Below the pieces are notes generated by a model. That model was given only the letters and a program-made list of their open reading frames with translations. It was not told the origin of the DNA and made no database searches. Below are positions 1-15,826 of a DNA stretch of 64,000 nt, one piece after another. Position 1 is the stretch's first letter. Each line of letters begins with the position of its first letter. This DNA is from Bugula neritina. Lineage: Eukaryota > Animalia > Bryozoa. A program made the position numbers and the translations under genes. Where the stretch lies: NCBI GenBank assembly GCA_964035545.1, contig OZ037769.1, positions 10,942,633 through 11,006,632 of the forward strand. The letters run 5' to 3'.

Positions 1-51
1 TAATTCTATTTTATCACAGCCGATTCTTACAGAGTATCCAGAATAACTTAC

Positions 52-528
52 TCGTTTGCAACTCTGAGTAGAGAAGATAACTCTCTTCTTTGATTTGCGT
101 CTTTTCCTTTCACGGCTGCATATGAGGGACTGAACTGTTTCCCTCCGCAGTCAGTGAGTTGGTTGTGTTGAACTGTAGGAACTAAGGCGTCAATTGTCTC
201 TATTACAATGTCTTCATGCTGGTCACTCATATGCTTGATTGTCTTATTAGCTTCCTCCATGGCTATCTCATACCTCACTATCTCATTCTGGAGATCCGTC
301 ACAGTTCTTCTCCACTCTCCAATTTCCTGTGAGTATCCAACAAAGTTTTATTATAAAGTCATGAAAAGTTTCTATTTACTTTGCTGTCTGTTATTGTATC
401 AACTTTTTTTGATCAACTTGTAAAAATGAAAATTGTGTAAAGTTTCAATGAATTGCATTTTGTGTTGATTGCCTCCTGTCACTATCTCAACCATTAAACA
501 TATTATATGCTACTGGCACAGCTACTGG

Positions 529-559
<31 letters not shown>

Positions 560-3500
560 ATTACTTACTCTTTGGTATTTCTTTTCAACTTGTGAAGTAT
601 TTCTCATAGCATTGTCAACATCTGCTTGCTTGCTAGACAATTTTTCTTTCCAACATTGCACTTCTTCCAAATGTGCTTCATTAGTGTCTTCGATTTTACT
701 GTCAAGTCTTACTAACTCATTCTCTAAAGTCCTGACTCTACACTGACTAGCTTCTAGTTCCTAATAGACGCAAGGCAAGTATTGACATATATGGACATGT
801 GTGGACATTTACAGGCATGTATGGACATGTATAGACATGTATGAACATGTATAGACATGTATGAACATGTATAGACATGTATAAACATGTATGGACATGT
901 ATGAACATGTATAGATATGTATGAACATGTATGGACATGTATGAACACGTATAGACATTTATAGACATGTATGAACATGTATGGACATGTGTAGACATGT
1001 ATGGATATGTATAGGTAGTCATGTATAAACATGTTTAGAAATGTATTGGCATGTGTAGGTAGACATGTATAGACATGTACAGACATATATAGACATGGCG
1101 TATAGACACATAGGGACATATACATGTAGATATGAACACCATAAACAAAAAAATATGAATACAATATGAGAAATAATGCCGTAAAACTGTTCAGTTGTGA
1201 CTAATAAAGAATTAAATTGCAGATAACTCTTGAATGCTGGCTCATCTGTGATTCTCATCCACTGCATCCACATATAAACTCATATAATTTTACTTCCGTG
1301 AAATAAATGCCATTAGCTCAAGTAGTAGTACATAATATAACAGCTAAGCCACGTGTATTTCAATTTACGGGCATTCAAATATTCTTAACTCTAAAACTTT
1401 AAGCACCGTATAATCTTTTTTTTCACTTTTTAACGTCATTTCATCAAGTCCTTACGAGTATGCTAGTTAAAAGGATAGTTTCCATATGAAGTGTAAGACT
1501 TTAGCGTTGGTAAGTTATTCTTACAAAGGGTTTGGTTATGCTTGCAGTTTATTTGAATGATCCAACATCCAATACAGGAATAAAACGAAACTCACAATTC
1601 TTAATTTCACATTTACTTCCTCAGCATACTCTTTGGAAATGTTTGTCTCCTCTGCAGACGTTTTTAGTTCTTCTTTGCATCTGTTAGCCTAAAGAATGTA
1701 AAGAAATTGGCAATAACATAGTAGATGTCAAGGCCAATTAGTATTGTCTAATATAACAATTTAAGTGAGGTTCTATAAGTAATTGTATTATGCAGCAAAT
1801 TAATAGAAGCGTTACTGAATCAACTCATGCTATGTTTTATTCAAATTAATGAATAATCTTTATTTAAACATAAGTTTTTGACAAATATGATTGCTCACTT
1901 ACAAGTTTGAGTTTTTCTTGGTAATGTCGGATTTCTCCTTTTAAAGAGCCAATTTCTTCTTGCAAACATTTTTCTGTAGAAGAAGCTTTGCATAAGCTGA
2001 TCTCACTCTCTTTTACCTTGTCCTGCACCTCAAGGCGGTTTTTCTTAAGCTGTAAATAGTAGATAGTGCATAGCACATAGTGAATAGTGCACAGTGTATA
2101 ATGTACAGGGCATAGTGCATAAAGTAGAAGGAATAGTGCATAGTGAATATTGCGGTAGAATATAGGGCATATAGTTGATCGATTGATTGATTTATTACAT
2201 ATCACAGACATGAAAACACGCTGTGAAATTCAGTGCGAATACTGGCTATAAGAAGTAGGCATGAACAAAAATGGAAGAAAAAAAGTCAGAACTTTATTGG
2301 ATTATTTAAAATAGAAGCTCATTTAAAATATCTACAAGATGTCACAAGAAACCATCTCTGCCCCATGCTCCTTTTATGTTGGTAGATAGTGCATAGTGCA
2401 TAGTAGACACTGCATAGAGTAGAGGGAACAGTACATAGAGTGTAGGGCATATAGCGGATAGTGTATAGATTAGAGTGGGTAATGCAGAATGAATAGTGCA
2501 TAAAGTATTGCATGTGTAGTGGACAGTCTATAGTGGTTAGTGTATAGTGCATATATAGTGCATAATAGAAAATGCATAGAGTAGAGTGGATATTGTATAT
2601 AGTGCACAGTGTATATTGGATATTGGACAGTAGCCCATTGAGTATATAGGGCAAAACGAGGCTAATAAGTAGTAGTTGATACTAAAAGTTAATTAACCAG
2701 TGATACTGTTTTACTGTGCAGAAAATATTATATTTTAAGTTTGCAATTTAATAGCAATGTAACAGACAACAGAGTTGAATAACGATCACTAATTGCGTCG
2801 ACTGTGCAGAACTCCGTTACCCGCCAAGAATAAAATGGCTACAGTGAGAAACGGTGAGAATTATATACTAAAGAGGAAGTTATCTGCCCTCTACCTTATT
2901 TAGTTCAACTCTGAGTTCGCTGATGTTGATGAGGAGATCCTCTTTCTCAAGGATTGTCTCCTCCAGCAGTTTCTCTACACTCTTCAGCTGACCAATAGCG
3001 ACTTTTCTATCTTCAAGTGCTTTCTGTAGCTGAAACTCCAAATTCTGGTTGTCCTCCACTTTAATTAACTTGAAAATGAAATAATTCAGACGTTAGATGT
3101 ATATTTTTGCAATTTTTATGATGTTTTTTTTAGTATTTTGGTTATTAAACTTAATGATTTTTTCAATACTATTATTTTTCAATATTATTTTTATACCTTC
3201 GGGTCTTTTAGAATGGAAAGTTCAACATTTGCAGCCGATAGCAGTTTTTTGGATCTTATTAACTCTTTCTGTAACTTTTCTATCTTGTTCTCGGCTCTTT
3301 CCACTTTCCCCAACACCCGTATCTTGTCTTCCTTCTCAGCGTCAGCCCGGCACTGATTCTTCTGATTCTCAAGGTACAACTTGTCGCAGTAACCTTCACA
3401 CACTGCAGCCTCTTTCTGAACTTTCAACAGCTCATTCTCCGTGTGCAGCAACTTCTCCTCAACGACATCTACTCGTTAGACACAAACAGAACACTATTAT

Positions 3501-6500
3501 CTTAGCATCAACTACAGCACAATGAGACATAGCTATTTTGTACATCAATCTTTTCAATCTACACCTAAAACTAAAGATTCATAGGATCAATTAAAGAGTT
3601 GTGGCTATCGAAACTTTCGCGTAGCACATTATGGTACAATTTCATAGCATTGAACCATAATATTTTATTTGTAATACATTAAATATAGTTATATATCACG
3701 TCACAAGTACAATCCTAGCACATGGCTAGTATAATTATGGTAGCACATTTGATAGAAAAGTAAGCAACACCATGTATTGAGTATATACTAGTATAATGAT
3801 GTGAGTATAGCATATCATATACTGGTATAATGATGTGTGTATAGCATATCATATACTGGTATAATGATGTGTATATAGCATATCATATACTGGTATAATG
3901 ATGTGTGTATAGCATATGATATACTAGTATAATGATGTGTGTATAGCATATGATATACTAGTATAATGATATGTGTATAGCATATGATATACTTGTATAG
4001 CATATATAGGATATATTTACCCAGTGGGTTGTCACATATTAGTGACGATGTCGAAGAGCGTGGAGACAATGATAAATCGGCATATCTGCTTTGTATATCT
4101 TGACATTGATTGGCTGAAACTAACACCTACAAACCAATAAAAAGTATCTTCTCAACTATTTAATAGGTACTACACATTTCTCGAGTCGATATAAAGTACT
4201 ATACACATTATTTTGGTCAGAAATAGAAAAAATGTTTGAAAAAAGTTTATTCTCTTAGACCTTTTCATCATTTTAGTTTGCAAGTAAAATAATTATAAGA
4301 AAATAAGACATTAAAGACATCAGTACCTTTTGCTAGTATCATTTCTCTGTAACAGAAAGGTAATTATAAAAAACACGTACGTTATTGATGCCGCATGGTC
4401 CTTGGATTGCTGACAGCTGCTCTGATAACATTGCCAGGGGATTAAATAGTCTGCAAGGCTCTCCACATCTCTTCTCTACCTGCAGTAATAACTAGAAAGT
4501 CAACAGTTGACATGTTCATGCTGACTAAGAATTGAAACTATTGTTTTAAACTGGTGTTACACAAATCACCACTCAGTGATAACAAGCCATCAAATATTCT
4601 GCATAACATACAATCTGCTACCAGTCCTGGGTTACTGACATTTCCTCGAGTCAGTTTAGCATATATGTAGTTATAAATCCGTCGCAGTACAGCAAATGCT
4701 ACGGTTTATATAACAGGTATTAGCTTGAAACTCACAGTTTCTACATTAAAGGGGAGCCCTGGGGGTCTTCCTTTTGTTTCAATATTTCTACAGTGGTTCT
4801 CCGCAAACATTGAGACTTTCTCCAGCTGACTGAATTCTGGCTCAAACTGTCTCTCTTGAGGAGTTGCCTAGCAACAGATTAACAGTCCCACTGTACTATA
4901 CCTAACTTCTACTATATACACCTCCTAGACTAAATACTATATACATCTCCTAGACTAAATACTACATACATCTCTTAGACTAAATACTACATACATCTCT
5001 TAGACTAAATACTACATACTTCTCTTAGACTAAATACTACATACTTCTCTTAGACTAATTTCTATTTTATCTCCCAGAGACTTACACTAAATTATATCGT
5101 CTCCTAGACTAAATTTTCATTATTTAAAACTTTCTCCACCTCCATATTATTTCAGGGCAGTGCTTTTAAGACGATCTCTCTTTGACAAATATTTTTACAA
5201 GAAAAAAACAAAAGCTGTGCAGTATAAAATTAGTAAACCCAAATAGCTTTCATTTTTAACTTTATTTTTCGTAAAACTACCATACTACACACTGACTGAG
5301 GTAACCATACTACACGCTGACTAAGGTAACTATACTACACACTAACTGAGGTAACCATGCTATACCACTCAGTGATAACAAGCCATCAAATATTCTTCAT
5401 AATAACATACAATCTGCTACCAGCCCTGGGTTATGGCATTGAGTATTAGAGATAAAGCAAAACAGTACAGCAAATGTAACAGATGCTGGCTTGAAACTCA
5501 CAGTTTCTACATTAAAGGGGAGCCCTGGAGGTCTTCCTCCTGTTTCAATATTTCTACAGTGGTTCTCCGCAAACATTGAAACCTTCTCCAGCTGACTGAT
5601 CTCTGGCTCAAACTGTCTCTCTTGAAGAGTTGCCTAGCAACAGATTAACAGTCCCACTGCAGCATACCTAACTTCTAATATATACATCTCCTAAATACTA
5701 CATACATCTCTTAGACTAAATACTACATACATCTCCTATACTAAATACTACATACATCTTCTATACTAAATACTACATACATCTTCTATACTAAATACTA
5801 CATACATCTTCTAGACTGAATACTACATACTTATTTTAGACTTAATTCTAGTCTATCTCGTAGACTCTGTTCAAATCTATCTCTTAGGGATTTATACTAA
5901 ATTCTATCTCATATCTGAGGTTAAATTTTCATCAAATGATAAAATGTTCAAAACTTTCTCCACCTCCATATTATTTCAGGGCAGTGCTTTTAAGGCAATC
6001 TCTCTTTGACAAATATTTATCAAAATTTCAAAATTCTTATCTAAGGAATACAACATTTGAGATGTTGATCATAGCAAATGTACAAATCAAATGGTATAAG
6101 TATATAAACTCACAGTTTCAGTCTTGCATGGCCCAGGGTAGTTAGCATGAATGATCTTTTCCACATCAGCCATGTACTTACGTATCCATTTCTCGTTTTG
6201 TGCCTGAAATATATCATAAGGTAACTTTACGAACACAACATACTGATTGCTTAGTATAGCGTGGTGATGAATTGACCGACATGAGGAAGATGCATAGTAT
6301 AGCTACTAGAATGCTATTTTGTATATAAAATTTTATATTATAGGGGTCATTTTACTTAATTTGGTACACACTGGAAATCTCCAATTTTTAGCTATTTTTC
6401 ACAATTTAGCTGCTAATGAACATGTCTTTTTACTCAAAACTAGTAAAATATCAATAAATACGCCTAATTAATCAAGGTTCTTCTTAATTTTGCTTGATTT

Positions 6501-9500
6501 CCCATGTATTTTCTATTTATTTAGCTAATTTGGATTGCGGACCGTTACTAAAAAACCGTTAACACCAACCATTGGCTGGTCTCCCAGTAAAGATGCGTAC
6601 TCCATTTTTTAAAATAGAAACTTCATTTTAGTGAGATCAAATTTATAAAACATTTTGCAGAATATTCTTCCAAGATCACTTAGCACAGTTGGTAGCTACT
6701 TGACATGAGTAGCATTTGTATTAGTGTGAATCTATACTGGTTATTTTCTACATATTGAAACCTGTTCTGTAGAGTTCCCTTCTGTCTGGTGAAGTTTAGA
6801 AGAGTTTATCTGACTCATTGTTAGTTGGTGTACATCTGGTGTATCTCTCCCTAGTCCTCTCTTTCCTGGTGGATCTCCATTAGACACACTCTCTTCTGAG
6901 GAACTTTGTACGGGTTGCCATAGTGCTGGCTGACTTTCATCATATTTCTTCTGATTTGTTGGCGCCATATTGTCACCTTCACTATGTTTGGTTGTTGCTT
7001 CTACCTGGATAAAGTAAGATCAGACTACAAGAGATTTATAATACTAGTGTCAGTATGAAGAATGCTGTACCAGGAATGTTGTAGAAAGAATAGGGTACTT
7101 CTATTCTTCTTATATCATGATTTATACAACCTTTCTCTATTGTACTGAAGTTGCAAACTTATTTTCCTATATGTTGATAGGGAGCAGCTGTGGTCTAGGG
7201 GTTAGATCAATTGCCTAGTAAACATGAAGTTGTGGGTTCGGGCCCAGACAAAGGCCATTGGTGATGTTAGGAAGAGCATTCAGTCATAATTGCTCCTGTG
7301 CCTCATCTTAATAAGTCCTTAGCCCGATTTAACAAAAACCCTTTCCATCGGGGATTTCTCACAAGGATGTTGACTATAAACTTCTTTGAGTCATTTTCCT
7401 ATATATTAATGCAGTTTTCTCTTTATGTAATGCTTACTGTTATTATCTAATGTTGATTACCAAATTTTAGAATGAATAAATTATGTAAGCTTTTAGAAAC
7501 AATCTCAAATCATATTTAATGAAAACTAGAGCTGTTGAACCAAAGGGAATACCTCGCTTTTTATTCTTTTTATATTATTTGATTTTTTAAAAGATTTTTA
7601 TTATACGTTGTGCATAATATTCCTGCTCTTGTTTGTTAGAGAAGTTGATGCATACACTTATGCTTACTTTACAACATTCTGAATGACTAGTTAATTATAA
7701 AGCAAATAAAAGATATACAAAATAATATATAATGAATTGGGGTTGTTTAATTAAGACTTGCAACTGGTATGAGCTCTATTATAATATTTAAAGCAGGTAT
7801 AGAGTTAGTTTGACACATCACACATGCATGTTTCTTACAGCATGAAGATTTTAATTTTGCTAGTTTCTAAATTTTGCAGGCTAAAAAATAAAATTTACGT
7901 ATTTATTTCCCCAGCTCAAAAGGTTTTTGTTATTTGCTAGGAAGACTCACTGGAGATGATCCTGACGGTTCCTCTGATTGCTCAGGTGTAGTTGTGACAT
8001 AAGTTTCTGCTAAAATATTGTTGGGGGTGGGTAACTCCCCGCTCTGCAATACACATTCAACTAGGTTTTGAATTTACACAAAACATTTGGCAAAACGTCT
8101 GCTTTTCCACCAACTAACTTGCACATTATTCAATATTAGCCCATAAGTTATGTAATCTAGAAACTTTAAACTTGCTTCAACTGTTGATCGAAAAATCAAA
8201 GTTAGGTAATGTTTTAATATTTATAAGCACCTCTTCACAACCCTGGAAACAGTTTTAAATTTATATGATAAACTTGATCTTGACGAAAATAGATTTATGG
8301 TGGGACACAAATCTATTTCTGTTAAGACATACATGCAAATCTATCTCTGGTGATACAAAATATGTAACTACAGACTTAATCAAGATTTGCCTGTCTAATT
8401 ACTTATAGTGATTTGCATTTTGCACAGAAGTGTAATTTAACTTCACACAAAACTGCTAAGTTTAGTCTATTTTTTGCATAAGTTAATAAACTGTTTCAAT
8501 ATGTTTTAAATTTAGTAAAGTTGCATAATGTATATGTAGTGTTGAGGTAACCCAGTAGCCCCTGTATTGTAATGGTTAGCATGCTATAGCTTGCAAGGAT
8601 ATACTCGGTGACCTGTTTACTATTGTTATATCAGTTAACATGGAGGCTACAATTTGTAGTTAAACACCAGTAGTGTACCTTATATGTTCTGATACAAATC
8701 TTACCTGCATCATGACTTCAGGGTTAGCTTTGTCTGTGTTTTTCTCAACTGAAGGTTTATCTTGATCTGATGGTAAGATATGTTGAGCTGACAGAACTAG
8801 TGGCTGTGTGTTGGAACTGGAAGATATCACTTTCTCAGACATGGTCAGCTTTACAGCTTTCTTAACATGATTATGTCGTGTACAGCCAGGTTTGCCTCCG
8901 GGAAGAAATTGGCAACTTCCGTCGTCTGAAAAGGATTTTTCTGTAAGCGTTGAACTCAACCTTATTTCAGGAATTCCTGGGCTTAACAAGCTGTTGAGTT
9001 GAGGGGCTTCGTTTAGGTTTTTAGTTTCTTCTTTCGGCTCTGTTGTTTCTTTCGCTTCTTCTGCATTATTTTTAGCTGCGCTATCTTTAGAATTCAACTT
9101 TTCAGTAGTTTCAACCACAGCTAGTGGCGGGAGTGCTGCTATATTAGCTTTTTGTTCAGAGTTGTCGGCTTTCTCAACATCACCATAACTCTTGAAGCCT
9201 CTGTTAAACAACATGGTTTGTTTAAATAGCAGACACTCTTCTGATCAGTTATATTCTCCACATATAATCAAACAAAACAGAGAAAGTTAATTTTAAGTAA
9301 TGTGGATATGATATAATAATATATATCACAAATGATCAAAAGCAACTTGTTCAAACTTTCACTCAATTTGATGATATATTTTATTTTAAAGGCCTGCATT
9401 GTTGTCTCACATCCTGAGTATTTTCTAAACTGGACTTATAGACTTTCAGAAAGCGGCCAAATCAATTTGGAAAACAAATAAAATGTGTTTTATGTAGTTC

Positions 9501-12339
9501 ATGCATGGTTATATAAATATATAATACATTGTCATACAGGTAAAATGTGAATAATGAAGAGCTGTTGAAATGTGTAGGTCTATATACTTGCAAATCTTAA
9601 AACTTAGCAACTGTTTTATTCTATACATAATCCTCGAAGATATGTGAGTGTTACTGAATGAAATTTAAACAACGCTTGCTGTATAACTTTGTGTGAACAA
9701 CATATCCGAGTAGACAACAGATATTTCTTAATTTCTTACTTGAGTGGGTGTGGCCTCTTGACTGAACTGGAAACTGTCTCTGATTGGACAACTCTGTGAA
9801 ATGGAGCCTCCCTGCCAGTCTAAAATATATTCTTAGCTGTTTCAAAACCCAATATGCATCAGAGCATTGTGGTTACTCTACATATATACTACAGTTACTC
9901 TGTATGTACTACAGTTACTCTGTATATACTACAGTTACTCTGTATACACTACAGTTACTCTGTATATACTACAGTTACTCTGTATGTACTACAGTTACTC
10001 TGTATATACTACAGTTACTCTGTATATACTACAGTTACTCTGTATACACTACAGTTACTCTGTATATACTACAGTTACTCTGTATGTACTACAGTTACTC
10101 TGTATGTACTACAGTTACTCTGTATACACTACAGTTACTCTGTATATGCTACAGTTACTCTGTATGTACTACAGTTACTCTGTATGTACTACAGTTACTC
10201 TGTATATACTACAGTTACTCTGTATACACTACTGTATATACTACAGTTACTCTGTATGTACTACAGTTACTCTGTATATACTACAGTTACTCTGTATATA
10301 CTACAGTTACTCTGTATATACTACAGTTACTATGTATACACTACAGTTACTCTGTATATACTACAGTTACTCTGTATATATTTCAGTTACTCTGTATATA
10401 CTACAGTTACTCTGTATATACTACAGTTACTCTGTATACACTACTGTATACACTACAGTTACTCTGTATATACTACAGTTACTCTGTATATACTACAGTT
10501 ACTCTGTATATATTTCAGTTACTCTGTATATACTACAGTTACTCTGTATACACTACTGTATACACTACAGTTACTCTGTATATACTACAGTTACTCTGTA
10601 TACACTACTGTATACACTACAGTTACTCTGTATATACTACAGTTACTCTGTATACACTACAGTTACTCTGTATACACTACAGTTACTCTGTATATACTAC
10701 AGTTACTCTGTATACACTACAGTTACTCTGTATATACTACTGTATATACTACAGTTACTCTGTATATATTTCAGTTACTCTGTATACACTACAGTCACTC
10801 TATTTACTCACAAAACTCATACGACCACTAATCTCATCCCCCACTTCTTCTAATGGCTGTTCATTATTTTCAGCTTCTGAATTTCCAAAAAAGTTGAACA
10901 AGTTTCCAGAAAGCACTTTTTCTAGTATACTCTTGCTAGTTTTCTTTTCTTCTGGTTTAACAGCTACTGGTGCTTCTTCTAAGAACAGACAGACATATCT
11001 TATCTTATAACATGCATGTGATTTAGTGACCCCTTCGAACTTCCTACCTCCCTCTCATAAAGACTTGGCTGCGGCATGTCAATGTACGTCAGAAATTTAT
11101 TGGCCATAATAGGCTATTTCTGAAATAACATTTTAAATCTTTGCTAAATGCACATGTGCTATTTTATTTGCGGGCTTTAAATCAGACCTACGTCCTTAAT
11201 TTGCAACCAGTTTTATTACATTTTCTTATTATGTATCTTGATTTAAAGGGAAAGTTAATTTGCCAGTGTAAAAGAACACAACTCAGTTGTTGAAGGAAAA
11301 GACACTTAGTATAAAACTATCAAAATTGTTTTATATGCAAAAATTTAAACTAATCAACTGTTTGATGAAAAAATAATTTGTTTTTAATGTCAAAAATGTA
11401 ATGAAATTGACAACTATATTTTTTCAGTTACTGCTTAAAACAGAGCCTCACCTTTTTCATTTGGCTGACTCTCGTCAACAGATCGGCGGGCAGCACGCTC
11501 CAGTTTGTAGATCAAATCTTTATAAACCTGCAGGAGATCCTTGAGACTACTCTTAGACTCTGTGACTTTAATAACATCCTGTAGAATTTGCTTAGCACTC
11601 TGTATGGTCTCTTCTGAGCATGCCTTAGACAACTCCCTTATTTCTGCACTCACCTTAGCAGAAACACAGTACATTGAAAAGCATTTTGGTTGGTCCAATT
11701 ACAGTTCACCTCTTATTATATATAGCTGTTAAATGTGAAAGTATATTTTGTTAAACTAGGGTGTTGTTGATTTGGCGTTTGAAATTAAAACATGCAATTG
11801 CTGTATTTTATAGTTAGACAACTCCAAAATTCCGCTAAAGGTTATCTTATTTAAAAAAAACTACAATGCTGAACCTCTTCCTGATTAGTTAGCTGTCAGT
11901 ACCACTATTACTGCAAGTGTTATAGTGCCTCTATAATACTGATGGTCAAGGTGCTCCCACACAATATTCTACTTCTTGGCTAGTGGTAGGTACTTTTAAC
12001 TAGTTTAAAATGTCAAAAATATAGCTATTGGTATTGTTCACCTACTACAAAAAGCAACGTAACTTTAAGAGCGGGCAACTTCAAAATTCATCTTTAATTT
12101 TTACGGTTTTCATTGGTTTCACAATTTTCATATAGAACCAACAAGAAATGCAGATCTTTAGCCTGTGTACTCGTAACAGATACCTGATCTTGTAGGTCTG
12201 TCAGTTCAGCTGCCTCAACAGCGTATGCACAATACTTGAGAATGTAGGCATTTATTGCCTCCTTTTTCGGTTGCAATGCCAAAAAACTTTCTACTTCAGA
12301 TTTTGGCTCAGATAATATTGATGTGGTAGAACCAGCCAT
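52..12339 (-). CDS. Large multi-exon protein (>1049 aa, 3' end outside the window): helical N-terminal module, low-complexity middle, long C-terminal coiled coil; family not recognised
   Basis: Phase-consistent GT-AG exons: 12184-12339, 11452-11653, 10812-10978, 9740-9819, 8705-9200, 7951-8043, 6762-7004, 6114-6203, 5502-5633, 4736-4867, 4381-4479, 4021-4126, 3197-3468, 2895-3068, 1903-2049, 1596-1688, 569-760, 52-326. An in-frame TAA lies directly before ATG 12339. Downstream exons give E/K/L-rich heptad-like sequence (e.g. ELEASQCRVRTLENELVRLDSKIEDTNEAHLEEV). Confidence 0.8.
528..559. repeat. (CTG)n trinucleotide microsatellite, intronic
   Basis: About 10 CTG copies next to the donor at 568. 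Confidence 0.9.
781..1130. repeat. 10-bp minisatellite (GACATGTATA-like), intronic
   Basis: Direct tandem copies; explains the spurious ORFs 747..1022 and 754..1164. Confidence 0.9.
3785..3990. repeat. 34-bp minisatellite, intronic
   Basis: Unit TATACTGGTATAATGATGTGTGTATAGCATATCA, about 6 copies. Confidence 0.9.
4568..6019. repeat. Tandem segmental duplication carrying a 132-bp coding exon
   Basis: About 4568-5196 matches about 5364-6019, including exons 4736-4867 and 5502-5633 and a 25-bp minisatellite in each copy. Confidence 0.9.
7179..7392 (+). mobile_element. tRNA-derived SINE
   Basis: A-box-like TGGTCTAGGGG and B-box-like GGTTCGGGCCC; body ATTGGTGATGTTAGRAAGAGCAT shared with the copies at 24.0 and 38.3 kb; 18-bp flanking direct repeat ATTTTCCTATATRTTRAT at 7161-7178 and 7393-7410. 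Confidence 0.85.
9873..10800. repeat. 20-bp minisatellite (TGTATATACTACAGTTACTC), fills nearly a whole intron
   Basis: About 45 near-identical units, some shortened; explains the three long + strand ORFs here. Confidence 0.95.
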
Positions 12340-12829
12340 TTATTGCAGCCTGTGCCGAGCTGAGCCGCTACATTGGAGCCTGTTTAGTAAACTTGATGAT
12401 TGATATAAAAATGTAAAAGAATTTCAATTGTAACCATTGTCTTGCATTATTGAAATTTCCCCATAAATATGCTTTTAATATTCAACACATTAACAGTTTT
12501 TCCAAATATAAATATTATTACTATAACATGCATACATCAGACAACATACAAATAATTATATATATAGACTATGGGTCTTAAAAAGTGCACTGCAGTATAA
12601 ATCTAATGCGTGCATGTATGGTATTTTATGAGGTAAAGCATGTTGTGCAAGGTGGTTTATAAATGTTCTCTCATTACGTTATAAACCTATCACTCACTCT
12701 GAATTCATGCAATTGTTATTTTGTTATAATATAAACATAAGGCTAAGCAGAACTATATTTAATAACTTTTATTTTCATTTCTATATTGCAGATGAAATAT
12801 GCTAAAATATATTTTCAATTTCTTCAGCC

Positions 12830-14151
<1,322 letters not shown>

Positions 14152-15826
14152 TTCCAAGTGTGACTCAGATGAAAGTGATCAACTGCTGATTGACAAAATT
14201 TAGTTGAATTCAATAAATAGTTTATGCAAGCATTAAGGTGTTGGCATATTTCAATGACACATTTAAGTTGTGTAATTATTATGTAAATTTTACTGCAATA
14301 GCAGCACTTAGGACTTTAATTGTGATTGTATAGTATTCTTATGTATCTAAAAGTTGTCAATTCAACTAGTAAAAATAAAAATAATATTAGGAGCCATGCA
14401 GGTAGTTGAGTAGTATAAAGTTTTAGAATTCTTTGCATGGTCCATGCATTCTACAAATTTTACATAACTTGAATGGAATTATTAATTTTTAGATATAAGA
14501 ATTTAGAAGTTTCATAACTTATTATTATCCTGGGGTGGCTAACTTAGGTTATTTGCTTTTACATTGTCTTTATTTACTCTGCCCATTGTTAATTTTTCAA
14601 TTGCAAGGCAGAATTGGGAGTTACTTGCTCAGTTTATAGAGCACTTTTATTGCAGTAAATTTATGTTTTAAGGCATTATTGTCCAGGAGTACAATATTCC
14701 ATCTATATTAGTTATAGTTTTACCAAGAACTGTAAGATAGATTTTGAAATTCAGCCAAGATATATCTGTTAGCGCAATAGGAAGGGCTGTTCTTAACAGG
14801 GTGTATACACTCTAAACTGCATATAAAATAAAGTATTTCCACAGGTGCACTAATGTGGAAAATATTACCATCACTTGCTGCAGCAAACTCTGAATAAAAC
14901 CAGTAATATTATTTTATATGTTCAACATTATATTTTTAGAATGCTTAAAAAATTCTTGTTTCCATCTTTAAAAGTGCTAATATTTTAGGGAAGAACAATA
15001 CACTTGAAAACGATGGAAGAGATGCCACCTCTTACTAAATCAAAATTTTCAAGTTTTCCACTTTGGAGTTGTCTTACTCTCTCTGAGTGATAACTGCAAC
15101 AATAATAACAATAACTATTGGCATTAATTACCTGCAGTGTTCTATGGTTTATGTACATGTATAATTGCCCAAATTCTCATGTATCTAGTATTTACAAGGT
15201 AAAAAATTAGCATAATATAAAATATGCAATGAAGCACCAGATAAATTTGAGTAAAACCAGTCCACAGTGGGTAAAAGAAAAATAAAATGGAAGAACTTAA
15301 AAAGATAGCTCATTTAAAAGCAATTAGCTCAACATGTAGCAACAGTAACTTAACTAAATTTAATATCATAGAAAAGAGTAAAATTAAAGTAGTAACAAAA
15401 AACTAACATGTTCATTGTAATCTAGCAAGACAAAACCACTGTGTGTACGCACTTGTCTATGGAAAATTTTTGAAACTTAATACACCAATGACTATAAATA
15501 GCTGAGTAAATGTTGAAATTGGTGAAGCAATAAACTTGGTAAATAATGAAGAGAGTGATGCGTCATGTGAAAGACATTTCTCTACTCTGCAGTTATCTTT
15601 TATCACTCTTGACTTAGAGTGATAGTGCTAATAGGTAACATAGAATATAGACATCTGTTATGTAAGCAATGCACTAGTCACTACTGTCAGTCAGTATACT
15701 GCAGCTTATCTATAACAGCAGGAGATCTGATAGAGTAGAACTAACCACTCCTCACTGCACAAACCAGCACCGCCACTGCAACACACCCATTGCTGTTTGT
15801 CCAACAGTCGCCATGCCTGGTTATGC

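Noticed and set aside
507-1273. Poly-Leu and His/Tyr-rich ORFs
   Set aside because: They come from a (CTG)n tract, the antisense of a real exon and a 10-bp minisatellite.
7179-7260. tRNA genes at 7.2, 24.0 and 38.3 kb
   Set aside because: The A/B boxes run into a shared non-tRNA body and no convincing cloverleaf is apparent; these are SINE heads.
8279-8326. Small imperfect hairpins at about 8279-8326, 15601-15624 and 35179-35213
   Set aside because: They are too short and isolated to assign to an RNA gene or element terminus without a search.
9784-11010. Three long + strand ORFs (408, 325 and 328 aa)
   Set aside because: They are translations of a stop-free 20-bp minisatellite, antisense to an intron of the minus-strand gene.
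11048-11119. Possible extra exon of the coiled-coil gene (PIMANKFLTYIDMPQPSLYERE)
   Set aside because: Its splice phases do not fit the flanking phase-1 junction, which joins cleanly without it.
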